Notes under the pieces: model-generated
Database searches by the model: none
What the model was told of the DNA's origin: nothing
Seen by the model: the letters and a program-made list of their open reading frames with translations, nothing else
Made by a program: the position numbers and the translations under genes
Shown here: piece by piece, positions 30,601 to 40,719 of the stretch
Position numbering within the stretch: the first letter of the stretch is position 1
Layout: each line of letters starts with the position of its first letter
NCBI RefSeq assembly: GCF_023343835.1
Contig: NC_064458.1
Location: 4,665,829 to 4,729,828, forward strand
Origin: Lagopus muta
Lineage: Eukaryota
Length of the DNA stretch: 64,000 bases
Direction of reading: 5' to 3'

Positions 30601-33600
30601 CACTGGAATGGATGCCCAGGGAGGTGGTGGAGTCACCGACCCTGGGGGTGTTCAAGGAAAGGCTGGATGTTGTGTTGAGGGACATGGTTCAGTGGGAGCT
30701 GTTGGTAAGAGGTGAACGGTTGGACTGGATGAGCTTTTAGGTCTTTTCCAACCTTGGTGATTCTATGATTCTATGATTCTATGAATTCTGTCTTAGGGGA
30801 ACTAAGAACAAGCATGAATAACTTATCTTCATCCATATTGTCCAGAGCTTCCTCATCAGCCTTCCCTTAAGGTAGCACAGAGCAAATTACTTACAAATTA
30901 AAACAAGAAACTTCACACGCTGCAGAAAATGAAGAGGTGACTGAAGAGGCCTTTCTGCTGTTTTCCTAATTGTCATGTGGGGTGAAATACCACTACAGTT
31001 ATTACAGTGTTAAATGATGAGGTAATAAGTGGCCTTATTAGAAATAAATGAGCTATCAGGAAGGCTGGAGCACATTCAGATTTTTTCATGTTTTATCTGT
31101 AAGTGTTGTGGCTTAACCCTGGCAGGCATCTGAATGCCACACAGCTACTCATTACTCACCACCGGTGGGATGGGAGACAATCAGAAAGGGAAAAATATTA
31201 GAACTGTTGGGTTGAGATAAAGACAGTTGATCAGGCGAAGCAAAACAAGGAATTCATTCACTGCTTCCCATGGACTTCATGCACTGCTTCCCACTTCAAA
31301 GAAAGCAGGGCTTATCTTGCATAATGCTTTCTTGGGAGAGCAAACACCATCACTGTGCACATGCCCTTCTTCCTCCTTTACCCCAGCCTTTATTGCTGAT
31401 GTTGTACAGCATGGAATATCCCTTTGGCCAGTTTGAGTCCACTGTCCACAGCCCCTTGTGCCCACCCAAGTGACCCCTGTAATTTTCCTCCATGGCTCCA
31501 GGTTTATCTGCATCACCTTTACATATGGTGTTCTCTAATCCTCAGTAATTAGGGTTCAGCCAAATCCTGACGTAACAGGTTTCACTTCCTCATAAAGGCA
31601 ACCACCTTTTTAGTTCATGCAGCTGTCTAGTTAGTTCCTCTGGGGACCTTGCTAGGTGTAAGGCCTCAGCCACATTCTGCATTTCTGAATTAAAAAAAAC
31701 ACTTAGAAGAGTACTACCGATTACTAATTGCACTTATGCTGCAGATCAGTGCTCTTTGTGCATAGCTCCTCAACTGCCAATTCCAGAATGACATAGATTG
31801 CTCACAAAATGTGGCATCTCCTATTCTTATTGCTCTTCCGGGCAATATGAATTCACTGCAAGTTCAGATTCTTATTCCTAACTGCTCTGGGGATTGGAGA
31901 TCTTTAAAAAAGGCTTCAGACTTCAGTCTGCTTAATGTGATCCAAGAAATATATCCAGAAGAACATACATAGAAAATTGAGGCCATAGAGTATGTCCATC
32001 AATGGACACGGTCTTAACGAAGCTTGCAGCTCTCAGTTCACTTCCCACCAAAGAGCATGGACACTTTGAATGGGTTCCCAATTTTGGCATCTTGTATGGC
32101 AGAGTAAAAGCAGCCTGAGAAGCCAATGAATGTTAGGTTGCTTTCTCTAATCTGTCATTTTATCACTTTATTTATCACTTTATTTAGGCAAGGAAATAAA
32201 TATTTACAAAAGTGGACTGCAGATCTCTTGATAGCAAGGGAAAAAAAAAACTGAATATAAATCTGAATGCAGAGTTGAGTAGCTCTGTGATGTGGGACGT
32301 GCTGCTCCAGCTGGATGCACTTCAGTCTATAGGGCCTGATGGATTCATCCCAGGATACTCCAAGAGTTTTCTCAAGTATTTTTCAACAGTCTTAGGAGTC
32401 TGGAGAGGTCCCAGTAAACTGGAAGTTGGCAAACATTCTCCCAGTTTTCAAGAAAGGCGAGAAAAAAGATCATGCTAATTATAGGCCTGTCAAATTGACT
32501 TCAGTGGCTGGGAAGAAAACAGCCTGCGCTCACTGATCACAGCCAACACAGGTTCATGAGAGGAAGGTCCTGTTTAACGCGCTTAACAAGGATCCCACCT
32601 CACTGACCAAGGGGAGCCAGCTAGTGTGATCTTTTTGGATGTCCTCAAAGCTTTCAGTACTCTTTCAGATGGTATCCTTCAGGACAAAATATCTAGCGTA
32701 CAGCTAGACCAAACCATAATGTGATGGGTAAAAAGTTGGCTGATGGGTTGTGCTCACAGAGTTATGATAAATGGGGCTACATCAGGCTGGCAGCCAGCAA
32801 TAGAACTCCATTCTAGAGCTTGTCCTTTTTACTGGACACACTGGATACAGGATACGGGACTTGAAATTGGAGAAGCTGTTGACCTCCTCAAGGGTGAAGA
32901 GACCTTGCACAGTCCTTGACAAATGGCAGGGCTGGGCAATTCCCAGCATCATAAAGTCCAGCCAGAGCAAGGGCCAAATCCTGCCCCTGGGTGTGCAGCC
33001 CCTGGCCATGGCTACAACAGGGAGATCAGAGGCCAGACAAGCAGCCTGCAGAACAGGACCTGGGGATTCTGGTCAAGAGCAAGTTGGGTCTGAGGCAGCA
33101 GCGTGCCCTGGAGACCAAAGGCCCCACAGCCCTGAGCTGCTGGAGTTCAGGGAGCGTTGGGACACCATGAGGGTTTGGGTTTTGGTGGTGCTGTGGAGCC
33201 AGAGCTGGACTCAGGGATCCTGTGGGTCCCTTCCCACTCAGGCGGTGCTGTGATCCTGTGATTCTGAGTGCTGGACTTGCAGCACCCATTTTCGTGTCCC
33301 CTTTGGAAAATGTAAGATTTTGATGCACGGCCTTTCCCCTCCCTTCTTCTGCACGGTGATGCCCAAAGCAGCAGTGTGGATCTCTTCACTCTGACACGGC
33401 TGTCCTCACTCCTGGGCAGTTGTGATTTGGGGCTGCTTCAACCTGTTTGTATAATGAATATCAGGGTCACAGTTAAGATTTAATTGGGACAGAAATGAAA
33501 CTGTTTGCAAAGGTGAGCTAAAGCTAAAAGCACACTGCAGAAATGCATGCTGCAGGCAGGTGGCTGAAGGAGCAGTTTCAGCCTGTGGCTCAGCTAGCAC

Positions 33601-33845
33601 TGCTTTTTGTACACTTCTGCATTTGAACTGTTTCTCGTTTACATTTTTTGTAGATGGAAAAGGACATGAGAAGTGAAACAGAAGAGAGTGATGTGGATGA
33701 AGAAAGAGAAAACATGATGGAAAAAGAGAAAAATGGGATTGCACGTTTCAGCAATGTCACGAGCAGCAATGACATCCAGAGGAATGGGTCTGAGCCACTG
33801 AACAGCAGAGCCCATCTCACCAATGGCCACGTCAAGGAAAGATAG
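474..33845 (+). CDS. CERS4: Ceramide synthase (homeobox + TLC/Lag1p domain), 10 coding exons, ~398 aa. Exons: 474-646, 14537-14654, 17883-18001, 20996-21053, 24321-24371, 27600-27692, 28888-29016, 29284-29390, 29792-29948, 33654-33845 (stop TAG 33843-33845).
   Basis: Spliced translation reads [58 protein letters not shown]|[19 protein letters not shown]..|[39 protein letters not shown]|[20 protein letters not shown]|[17 protein letters not shown]|[31 protein letters not shown]|[43 protein letters not shown]|[10 protein letters not shown]..|[31 protein letters not shown]..|[17 protein letters not shown]... This is colinear with the vertebrate CerS family and closest, from memory, to CERS4 (NEWFWQDRFWLPPNVTW, KKFCEASWRF, MEKDIRSDVEES). 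Every exon is bounded by AG/GT and the phases are consistent (2,0,2,0,0,0,0,2,0). The first coding exon starts at an acceptor (ttccag|gATG), so a non-coding 5' exon lies upstream of the window. The paralog assignment as CERS4 is less certain than the family assignment. Confidence 0.85.
2700..3100 (+). mobile_element. CR1 LINE fragment (ORF2 C-terminal region)
   Basis: The ORF translates to ..[22 protein letters not shown].., matching the CR1 ORF2 DIRKHFFTERVVKHWNRLPREV. Confidence 0.5.
4290..4500 (-). mobile_element. CR1 LINE 3'-end fragment
   Basis: …gaaccacagagtcattgaggttgggcag…gacttccaggatggtgtctccgctgccttcctgggcagcctgttccagtgcctcaccattt is the reverse-complement pattern of the CR1 3' terminus. 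Confidence 0.55.
6676..6800 (-). mobile_element. CR1 3'-end fragment
   Basis: catagaatcatggaatcacatggtcggaaacgacctacaagatcacctagtccaac. Confidence 0.5.
8940..9172 (+). mobile_element. CR1 3'-end fragment
   Basis: …[40 protein letters not shown], followed by the gattctgtgattctgtag tail. Confidence 0.6.
13811..13900 (-). mobile_element. CR1 3'-end fragment
   Basis: cacagaatcacaaaatcacagaatatcagaaattggaagagacttccaaagatcatctagtccaatcc. Confidence 0.5.
13900..14232. repeat. Minisatellite, ~40-45-bp degenerate unit ×~7 (…ATGGGATGGGAC…GATGTCCCCAGGGTCACCCAGATGTCCAC…)
   Basis: Recurring blocks gtcacccagatgtccacatgggatgggac / gaggggtcccc / gtcacctagatgaccgcagtgtcaccc, visible by eye. It lies in CERS4 intron 1, adjacent to a CR1 tail. 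Confidence 0.6.
14537..14654 (+). CDS. CERS4: CERS4-like coding exon 2
   Basis: ttgcag|AGCC ... aaagag|gtgagt; encodes (R)[39 protein letters not shown], matching CerS2 FVATPLAALLNIKEKTRLRAPPNATLEHFY. Confidence 0.8.
15300..16200. mobile_element. Probable avian ERV-type LTR / LTR-derived repeat
   Basis: …gaggagaaaatgagagagaaaaggactcaagggttgagatgagaacagggagag…caaaacagagtcagc… resembles the gtgggatgggggagagaatc…gtgggttgagataaagacagtttaata core of avian ERV LTRs and of the element at 31.1 kb. It overlaps GC-rich spurious ORFs on both strands. Confidence 0.4.
17883..18001 (+). CDS. CERS4: CERS4-like coding exon 3 (homeobox-like segment)
   Basis: [39 protein letters not shown] matches the CerS motif [21 protein letters not shown]. 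119 nt, with ag|..|gtgagc. Confidence 0.85.
18420..18800 (+). mobile_element. CR1 LINE 3' end (ORF2 C-terminus plus tail)
   Basis: ORF 18463-18711 is [73 protein letters not shown]…, then cattctatgattctatcatgattctg. Confidence 0.85.
20996..21053 (+). CDS. CERS4: CERS4-like coding exon 4
   Basis: tgtag|ctggagg...gat|gtgagt; encodes (C)[19 protein letters not shown], matching SWRFTFYLIAFIAGMAVIVD. Confidence 0.8.
22560..24050 (-). mobile_element. CR1 LINE, ~1.5-kb fragment including ORF2 endonuclease and upstream region
   Basis: Minus-strand ORFs: [65 protein letters not shown] (CR1 EN: LGDFNHPDICWK..QSRRFLECIEDNFL..LLDL.LTN) and …[32 protein letters not shown]… (CR1: GKRLAWLNRELLLKLRTKRRVY.LWKKGQ). 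Confidence 0.75.
24321..24371 (+). CDS. CERS4: CERS4-like coding exon 5
   Basis: ttccag|aagccttgg...cag|gtaagt; encodes [17 protein letters not shown], matching KPWFYDMKKVWEGYPIQ. Confidence 0.8.
25400..25622 (+). mobile_element. CR1 3'-end fragment
   Basis: …gcaggggttggtccaggtggcctccagatgggccaacctcagccattctgtgattctgtg. Confidence 0.5.
27484..27518 (+). repeat. Poly-T tract (~27 T with a few interruptions), ~80 bp upstream of the CERS4 exon-6 acceptor
   Basis: ttttttcttttggttttttttttttttttttttttgc. Confidence 0.9.
27600..27692 (+). CDS. CERS4: CERS4-like coding exon 6
   Basis: [31 protein letters not shown] followed by gtgagt. The acceptor could instead be 27608; 27600 is chosen to keep family length. 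Confidence 0.75.
27960..28790 (+). mobile_element. CR1 LINE fragment (ORF2 RT C-terminal part plus 3' tail)
   Basis: …[43 protein letters not shown]… and …[33 protein letters not shown]…[18 protein letters not shown]…, with the tail ggtttctatgattctattattctga. Confidence 0.85.
28888..29016 (+). CDS. CERS4: CERS4-like coding exon 7 (TLC core)
   Basis: [43 protein letters not shown], between tcttcag| and |gtgagc. Confidence 0.85.
29284..29390 (+). CDS. CERS4: CERS4-like coding exon 8
   Basis: [36 protein letters not shown], between cag| and |gtgagt. Confidence 0.8.
29792..29948 (+). CDS. CERS4: CERS4-like coding exon 9
   Basis: (T)[52 protein letters not shown], between tcttgcag| and |gtagga. 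Confidence 0.8.
30420..30792 (+). mobile_element. CR1 3' end
   Basis: [37 protein letters not shown]…, followed by gattctatgattctatgattctatgaattctg. Confidence 0.85.
31090..31500 (+). mobile_element. Solo LTR of an avian endogenous retrovirus (ERVK-like LTR family)
   Basis: tgtggcttaaccctggcagg…cagctactcattactcaccaccggtgggatgggagacaatcagaaagggaaaaatattagaactgttgggttgagataaagacagttgatcag…gcaaaacaaggaattcattcactgcttcccatgg…gatgttgtacagcatggaatatccctttggccagtttgagtccactgtccacagcccc. This is the characteristic avian ERV LTR architecture, lying in CERS4 intron 9. Confidence 0.65.
32250..33265 (+). mobile_element. CR1 LINE fragment (ORF2 RT region to 3' tail)
   Basis: …[62 protein letters not shown]… (CR1: LLQLDAHKSMGPDGIHPRVLKELADVI…GEVP.DWKLANVVPVFKKGKKEDPGNYRP), then the tail ggtgctgtgatcctgtgattctgag at ~33250. 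Confidence 0.65.
33654..33845 (+). CDS. CERS4: CERS4-like terminal coding exon (acidic, Ser-rich C-terminus), stop TAG
   Basis: tttgtag|ATGGAAAAGGAC...; [24 protein letters not shown]...NGHVKER*, matching the CerS4 C-terminus MEKDIRSDVEESDSSEE. Confidence 0.75.
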   Translation: MEKDMRSETEESDVDEERENMMEKEKNGIARFSNVTSSNDIQRNGSEPLNSRAHLTNGHVKER

Positions 33846-36800
33846 CCCTCTTTGTGTCTGTCATGAATCCGGTCCACCATCTTTAGAAGCAGTTTTGCTT
33901 GTTGTATAGATATAAAAGATTGCAATTGCAGTATCATAACTAAATTTGTTTTTATTGTAAACAGAATTGTGTACAGTTAGTGATATCTGAGGGGAGTTTT
34001 TGGTCTTTCTTCAACGTAAGTTTTCTGTAGGTTGTAGCCTTGAGGCAAATAGAAGGGGATCCAAGTGGTTTGACTTGAATTAGACAATATCACAGCAGGT
34101 GTTAAACATGTTGATCTTGAAAAACACTCAGAACAGTGGATGATGATGTTGGACAATGTCACCTCTTAACTGCCTAATGCTGTTTGATAGGAATCTATTT
34201 GGAATGGCCTCTGGAAGCAAAGCCCACTGCCACTAATGACTATGGACAGCAAGTGTGAAACTCTAAACCTTAACACAGGGACACCTCCTTCAAGAGCAGA
34301 GGTGCCCCATACGTACTGGTAACATTGAAACTGTGTATAGTGGTATAAAAGCTTTGGAAAGATACAGAAGAAAACATTTTCGTACAGGAAATGCTGCTGT
34401 GTGCCATGTGACTGGTTTTGTAATGTATGGATCTCAGTCCCTTCTCTTGTCAGCACTGTTGCCTCAAAGGGGGGGAACTCCAAAGGCTGTAATGAAGAGA
34501 GTTCCCACCCCAGTCGTGGTTGTAGGGGCTAGAAAATCCAAGCAGTTGTGTCTCAGCTGTCAGATAATGAATCCCATCTTGGAAAGTACCAATTTCAGGA
34601 GAAGAGAGGGGACAAGGAAATTGATATTCTAGAAGACAACACCGATCAAGTGCTCATGATTTTATGTAGGATGATTGGCACAGTGGGAGATATTTGCAGT
34701 CAGCTTGTGGTAAGAAGGGAATGGAACACCCCTGTTCTCAGAGGGAGAAGAATCAGAGAAGATCTGCTGAACTTCATGGCACAACGCTTTAATTTAGGCT
34801 TCTAATTCTGGGGCCGCTGCCTAGATGTGTTGGGAGTTTAAAGCAGTAGGCAGTGAAGTCATGATGCAATTCTGATTCATTCCTTTAGACGTTTTGTATC
34901 TTATATCCTGTGTAGTTTTAGACTTTTGATTCTGTAATACCTTAGGAGAGTTAAATAGGTATGGCACAGATTTCTGTCTTATAGATCTATTAAACTATGA
35001 AACCACATTACTAACAGATTTGCTGTTACAATAGCAGGGACTTAGTCTGCGCAGGCCATGCAGACGCTTCCCTGTCTGTGCCTGGCAAGGCCCAATGCTA
35101 ACTGATGGACACGGACCAAGGAAATGCCCAATTCTAGGAGGTGATGCACATTTATAAAGTTAAGAGGCAAATGACAGTCTAGTAGGATGAGGGTTTTCAG
35201 CAGCTCACCAAGTTCACCTGAAATATGACTGGGGAAGCTTTGATTTTAGCCTTTGGTCTTAGGTTTCAATCAAAATATATTGGATAACTTCAGAGGGAAA
35301 AGTGGTTTCAGCACAGGTGATTGATTCCAGGGCAGTGACATACTCAGAGCAGAGCATCTCTTCCTGCATCATCATTTCATGCGGATCATTAAATCCATGT
35401 TTGTTGAAGATAGCTTCTCTCTGGATGTTGGGGTAATTTAGAGTTCAGAGTACAATTTCTGTATACGGTCATGTTTCTGTAATCCACATGTGCAATCTTG
35501 CCACTCCTCTGCAGGCGATGAGCTCAGGAGGAACGGTTATGTATCATTTTGTACTACTGAATGTAACAGTTCTTTGTAAATTACTTTTGAACGGTTTGGC
35601 TCTCTGGGCTCTTTTCTACTTCTTGGACTCTCAGGAGGTGACCAGGCTGGTTGGTGACACGTCTGGGTGCTGTTGCCAGGGCTGTTGAACACTTAGCGTG
35701 CATGGAGGTGATGCTGCAGAGCATTCAGCCGTATCAGGCCGGCCAGAAAAGAGCAGCAGCTGCCTCCTTTGTGTCCTGCTTGGTGAAGCTTCATTTGGCC
35801 CTGAAGCAGTTTGGGGCACCCCTGTGTTAAATCTAGAGGCAGTCCAGGTGACGTGACACTGACAGAGCAATGGGAGTCCACAGTCTGGTGGGTGATTTGA
35901 AGCTGTGGGGACGTGGGAAGGGAAATGCATCTGGAGTCTTCTTTGTCGTGAGGTTTCAGAAGGGTGGCAAGGATTGATGCTGTAAAATCACAACACATCT
36001 GAGGAGCAGAATGCTCTGCCCAGGCTCATTGTAAGGCTGATCTGATCACTGTGAAAGGATGCATCAAGGATTTGGGAGGGCTCTTGGGGGCTGAATTAGG
36101 ACACTTCAACTGAGTAACTGAGCATGGCAGTGGTGAATCAGAATTTTTCTTGCCATCAAATTGCTATGGCTCAGCGAAGCTCTGTGTGCTGTTTTCTCCC
36201 CACAATGGCTCCACATTCGCTCTATGTCTGCTCTGGTGTCAGGAAGTTTGTGAGTGCTGCATTAGTATTTCTGAATTCATTGCATCAACTCCCTTTATTA
36301 CCACCCATGGACGCAGTTCCTCTTGGAGCATCACAGACCTCAAAACTGAGAAGCTGCTGTAAAAACCTGCAGCAAAACTCCGTGTCACGTCTGCTAAAAT
36401 AACCCAGCAGAGCGAATGGAGCTCCAGCTGCAACAGCAGAATCTCTTTGCAATTGATCCTTATCAGCCCTGTGTGCAAGAAAGGAGTGCACCGCACCATG
36501 TGTGCGCCAAGCAGTGTCATCAAGCTGCAGGGGAGATGGAATGTCCAGCTCCAGGTGAGCTGTGAGAAAGAGAACCTCTCCTGGTGTCTTTAGGCAGCTG
36601 TGCAGTGCTGAGCTGGAGACTGGAACAGCTGGGCCCCAGGGCTGGCAGCTGGCACCGAGCTGCTGGCTCCAGTGGGCACTGCTTGGGGTCGTGTTTTTAA
36701 AGCACGCACTGGAAACATGGGAGAAGTGCATCCACTGTGTTTCTTGATTCAGACACGTATGCCCAAGGGAGCCTTTACTGGATGACTGCGCTTCAAACAA

Positions 36801-37869
36801 CATTGCTTTTCTCATCTGCACGTGTGCAACAGACAGTGCCTGCAGGCAGGGGCGTCCCTAAGAAACAGCAGAAAGCTGAAGTCATGTCTAAACAAGGAAA
36901 GGACTCGTAAGCTTGGCAGATCGATCTGGACATACCAGGAAATACACTGAGAAACAAAGGGCAGCAGTAATCTGCTCTGAAAAACACTGGGAAAACTATA
37001 GGAGACTTAAAATAAAAGGGCTGAGAAGGGATCAGGCTGGAGCTGCCTGTTGCTGCCTGCATAAGGCTTCCCTACTTGGAAGCAGGCAGTGTCCACGTCA
37101 GCTGTCTTCTTGCTGAGGCTGCATCCCCCCAAATGATGGGCATGAAGGGGTTCTATAAGAAACAGCAATGGAATAACAGCAAACCTTCAGCCTGGGTGGT
37201 ACTCACCCAAGAGCCAAGAGGGAGCTGACACCATAAAGAGTTCAGCTACCAACTGAGCAAGGTCGCTGTTGTTTCAAACCATGGTGGTGTCAGAAACTGA
37301 TGGAAGTCCCAGGTGGAAATGTGAGGAGCTGCTTACATTTGGCCCGAGCAGATTGGCACAACGTACCATGAGTTACTGGAAACGTGTGTGAACATTACGT
37401 TGTGGGAAAGAGCTCCCATGTGTTGTGTGTGAGGAAATCGTGTCTTTCTCTGCCAGAGTTCTCCCAAAGAGTCAACAAGCTTATGCAGAGGAGAGAACCT
37501 GCTGGTAGTGCTTTGCAAAGGTGTTCAGAAAGACTCCTGGGCTGAGGTCTGAAGAAACTCACCTTCAGAGGTGAAAAAATTGTAGTTAGGCTTTCAGAGC
37601 AGGCACTGAGTCCCACTGCTGGAAAAATTGGACAGAGAGAGCCGGTGCTAAGCTCCAAACCTGGGTTTACATATTTCTGCATGGAGTTTTAGGATGGCCA
37701 AAGTGATGCGGGAGGTCAGCAGTGCAAGCACAGCAGATGCAGTTCTTTCCCAAAGAGAGGTGGTCTCTGGGGAAGCACCGACCCCGAGGGGCAGAAGCAG
37801 CCCCTGACCCCACATGGAGACAGAAAGAGTCAGGGAGGTGAGGCGCTGCTTTCCCCATCTGTTCTGCAG

Positions 37870-37988
37870 GAGGACCTGATTTCAGTGGCCAAGCGAAGCG
37901 GCCTGCCAGTCAGAACAGTGCAGAGCTGGTTCCGGCAGCGGCGGGCCCAGGACCGTCCCAGGCTTACGAAGAGGCTCTGTGAGGCGAG
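37870..37988 (+). pseudogene. Isolated CerS homeobox-like exon (paralogous to CERS4 exon 3) with no companion exons found: orphan exon, gene fragment, or part of an unannotated gene
   Basis: ttctgcag|GAGGACCTG...GAGGCGAG|gtaggt. It is 119 nt, the same length and phase as CERS4 exon 3. It encodes EDLISVAKRSGLPVRTVQSWFRQRRAQDRPRLTKRLCEA, roughly 70 % nt identity to exon 3 at 17883-18001. I found no CerS exon-1, exon-2 or TLC exons upstream (34.8-37.8 kb) or downstream, although short exons could be missed by eye. Confidence 0.5.
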
Positions 37989-39004
37989 GTAGGTGGGCCA
38001 GAGTGGGGATGGGAGCCTCCAACAGCGAGCTGCATGGCAGCACACGTCCTGCCCTTGCTCTGAATGCAGTCAGGTGGAGTGACAGAGCCACTGAGCAGTG
38101 CCCCCAGCTTCACCCTTCCTCCCCTCCCACTTCTGCATTTTAAAACAATAAAGTTGACTCAACAGTATCCACTGATCAGGTTTAAATCTCAGGTGCTGGA
38201 GGGATTTTCAGCAGTAATACCATTGGCAAACACCTTTTTAAGAGGATTTTTATATGAAATGACAAATTTTAAATACTCTTACCAGCTCGTGGACTGTTGG
38301 ACATAACAGTGTGACAACCAGCCACTGGGCATGGACAGAGAGAGGTGACAACAGAAAAGCAACAGAAATCACTGAAAACTTCACCAAATTTCTTTTCCTC
38401 AAACTTTCCACTCTAATATGAGATACTAATGCATATCTCAGTAGAATATGGAATCAGAAAAGACAGAGGAGCCAAGTGTCCAAATGAAAAGGATCAGGTT
38501 ATTGTTGGATCTCAGCTTGAGGCTTTAAACTGTATGTACAAAGAGGCTCCAATCAGGCACAAGATCCTCTGTTCCTTGTTCTCTGAAAATGTTTCTCAGT
38601 GCTTGAATCCTGTTCCCACATCACAAAAGGAGGCAGGTAGAGGCACCTCGGGAGTGATGCTGATTCCCACTTAGTGCTGGCAGCATACGTCTGGGATTTG
38701 GGCACAGTAGAACCCAGGTGAGCTGTGGGTACCCCACTGCCTTACCAGCATATTGCTGCACATGCAAACAGAGCTGAGCTGCTGCAAATCTGTGTCCAAA
38801 CAGAACCACTGTGGGCTTCTCGGCTGGTGGGAGAGCACCTGGGAGGGTGGGATCCCACATCCATCTGCCCACACCTATTCCTTCTCCAGCTGTTTCTGCT
38901 CTCAAGCCCTTGTGCCTAACTACACCCATTTTGCTGCTTTCCAGTCGGGTGCTGGATGTGATGGCAAAGCCTGGGGAGGCATCCAAGCTCCAGAGGGAGT
39001 TATA

Positions 39005-39960
39005 ATTACAGAATCACAGAATCACAGAATGGCCAGGGTTAGAAGGGACCTCAAGGATCATGAAGCTCCAACCCTCCTGCCACATGCAGGGCCACCAAAC
39101 TCCCCATTTAATACTAGACCAGATTGACCAGGGCCCCATCCAGCCTGGCCTTGAACACCTCCAGGGATGGACGGGGCATCCACAGCCTCTCTGGGCAGCT
39201 GTTCCACCACCTCACCACTCTCTCTGTAAAGAATTTCCCCCTAACGTCCTACCTCAATTTTCCCTCCCTCAACATCAAATCATTTCCCCTTGTCCTGCAG
39301 TTATCTATCGTTTCAGAGTTGATTCCCCTCCTGTTTGTAGGCTCCCTTTAGGCGCTGAAAGGCTGCAATGAGGTCACCCCACAGCCTTCTTTTCTGAAGG
39401 CTGAACAAACCCAGCTCTCTCAGTCTGTCTTTGTAGGGGAGCTGTTCCAGCCCCTGATCATCTTCATGGCTCTCCCCTGGACCCTCTCCAACAGCTCCCT
39501 GTCTTTTTTGTACTGGGGGTTCCAGACCTGGACACAGTGCTGCAGATAGGGCCTCACAAGAGCAGAGTAGAGGGGGACAATCACCTCCCTGTCCCTGCTG
39601 GCCAGCCTTCTTCTGATGGAGCACAGGATACCATTTGCATTCCAAGCCACAAGAGCACACTGCTGGCTCATGTTTTGTTTTTCATCTATCAAGACTCCCA
39701 GGTCCCTCTCTCTCAAGGTCTCAGGTCCCCTGCTCTCAAGGAGCTCCTTCCAGTCTGTAAGGATGCCTGGGATTCCTCCAGCCCAATGCCAAACTCTGCA
39801 TTTTGCTGTGTTGAACCTCATCAGGTTCACCCAGGCCCACCTTTCCAGCCTGTCACTCCATCACCAAAGGCCTCCAGCTGGCCCTGCGCCAGCACCCGAC
39901 TTCGTGACAGCCCACGTGGTTCAACCAGAGAACCCAACTGTGCCAGTATCCATAGCCCTT
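39005..39960 (-). mobile_element. CR1 LINE fragment (3' tail plus ORF2 RT C-terminal half); it forms the left boundary of tandem-array copy 1
   Basis: The plus strand reads cagaatcacagaatcacagaatggccagggttagaagggacctcaaggatcatgaagctccaaccc…cagcctctctgggcagctgttccaccacctcaccactctctctgtaaagaatttcccc. Minus-strand ORFs are …[86 protein letters not shown]… and …[33 protein letters not shown]. Confidence 0.85.
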
Positions 39961-40719
39961 ATTAAAAAGAGCAAAATGAGGCCGTGAAAATCAGCTCCTT
40001 TAATAAGAAAGGAAATACGTTCTAAGAGGGGGGTAGAAGAAGAGGATGAGAATGAAGCCAGGCCATGACAAGAACGGCAGGAGGAAGAGGCCGAACTCAT
40101 AAAGGAGACGAGAACCATTTGACTCCTGAGCACGAGTGAGCTGACAGATATGTGAAAAGACTTCAGCTGTCATGCAGGGGAGCACTCTGACACTGGGAGA
40201 ACGGGGCCGCAAGCCTGGACTAGGCGGGCAGCAAAGGCAGGCATCTGGGATCTCTTTCACGGGCAGGGTGCATTGGCAAAGCCCTTGGAAATGAGGCACG
40301 AGCCTTCCCCTCGTGGAGGTGACTCTCCGTAAGGGCCGAGAGGGAAAGGAGTCCCTTCAAAGAAGATCTGGTATGTTACCCAGGCAAGCGGTGCACCGTG
40401 GGGAAAGGTGTGCCTGAGGGCACCAGCTCTTCTGGAGGTGATGCGTAATGCTGAAAAAAGAGGGGAGATACAGACTGGCTGTTGGCCGGCAATTGCTGAT
40501 TCTGAGGGCCCAGGGCTGCCGCCATCTTGCTTGGGAGCCTGGGACGCATTCCGCCCCGAGGGGGTAACCGTGATGTCACAGTGGTGGCAGGGAGCGGCCA
40601 TTGTGACCCGCGGGGCTGGGAGCAGAGCAAAGGCTGCCGGGCTCAGAGCGTGGTCAGTGCGGCCTGGTGAGGTGCAGAGAGAGCAGGGACTCTTCAAGTG
40701 CTCACCGTTGACGCGCAAC

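Noticed and set aside
34989-34994. ATTAAA as the CERS4 polyadenylation signal
   Set aside because: No canonical AATAAA lies within about 1 kb after the stop at 33845. The ATTAAA at 34989 is a candidate, but a single hexamer is too weak to call a transcript end without EST or RNA evidence.
36285-36821. 178-aa minus-strand ORF between CERS4 and the orphan exon
   Set aside because: It has no start context or splice context and no recognisable domain. Its composition suggests a chance ORF in moderately GC-rich intergenic DNA.
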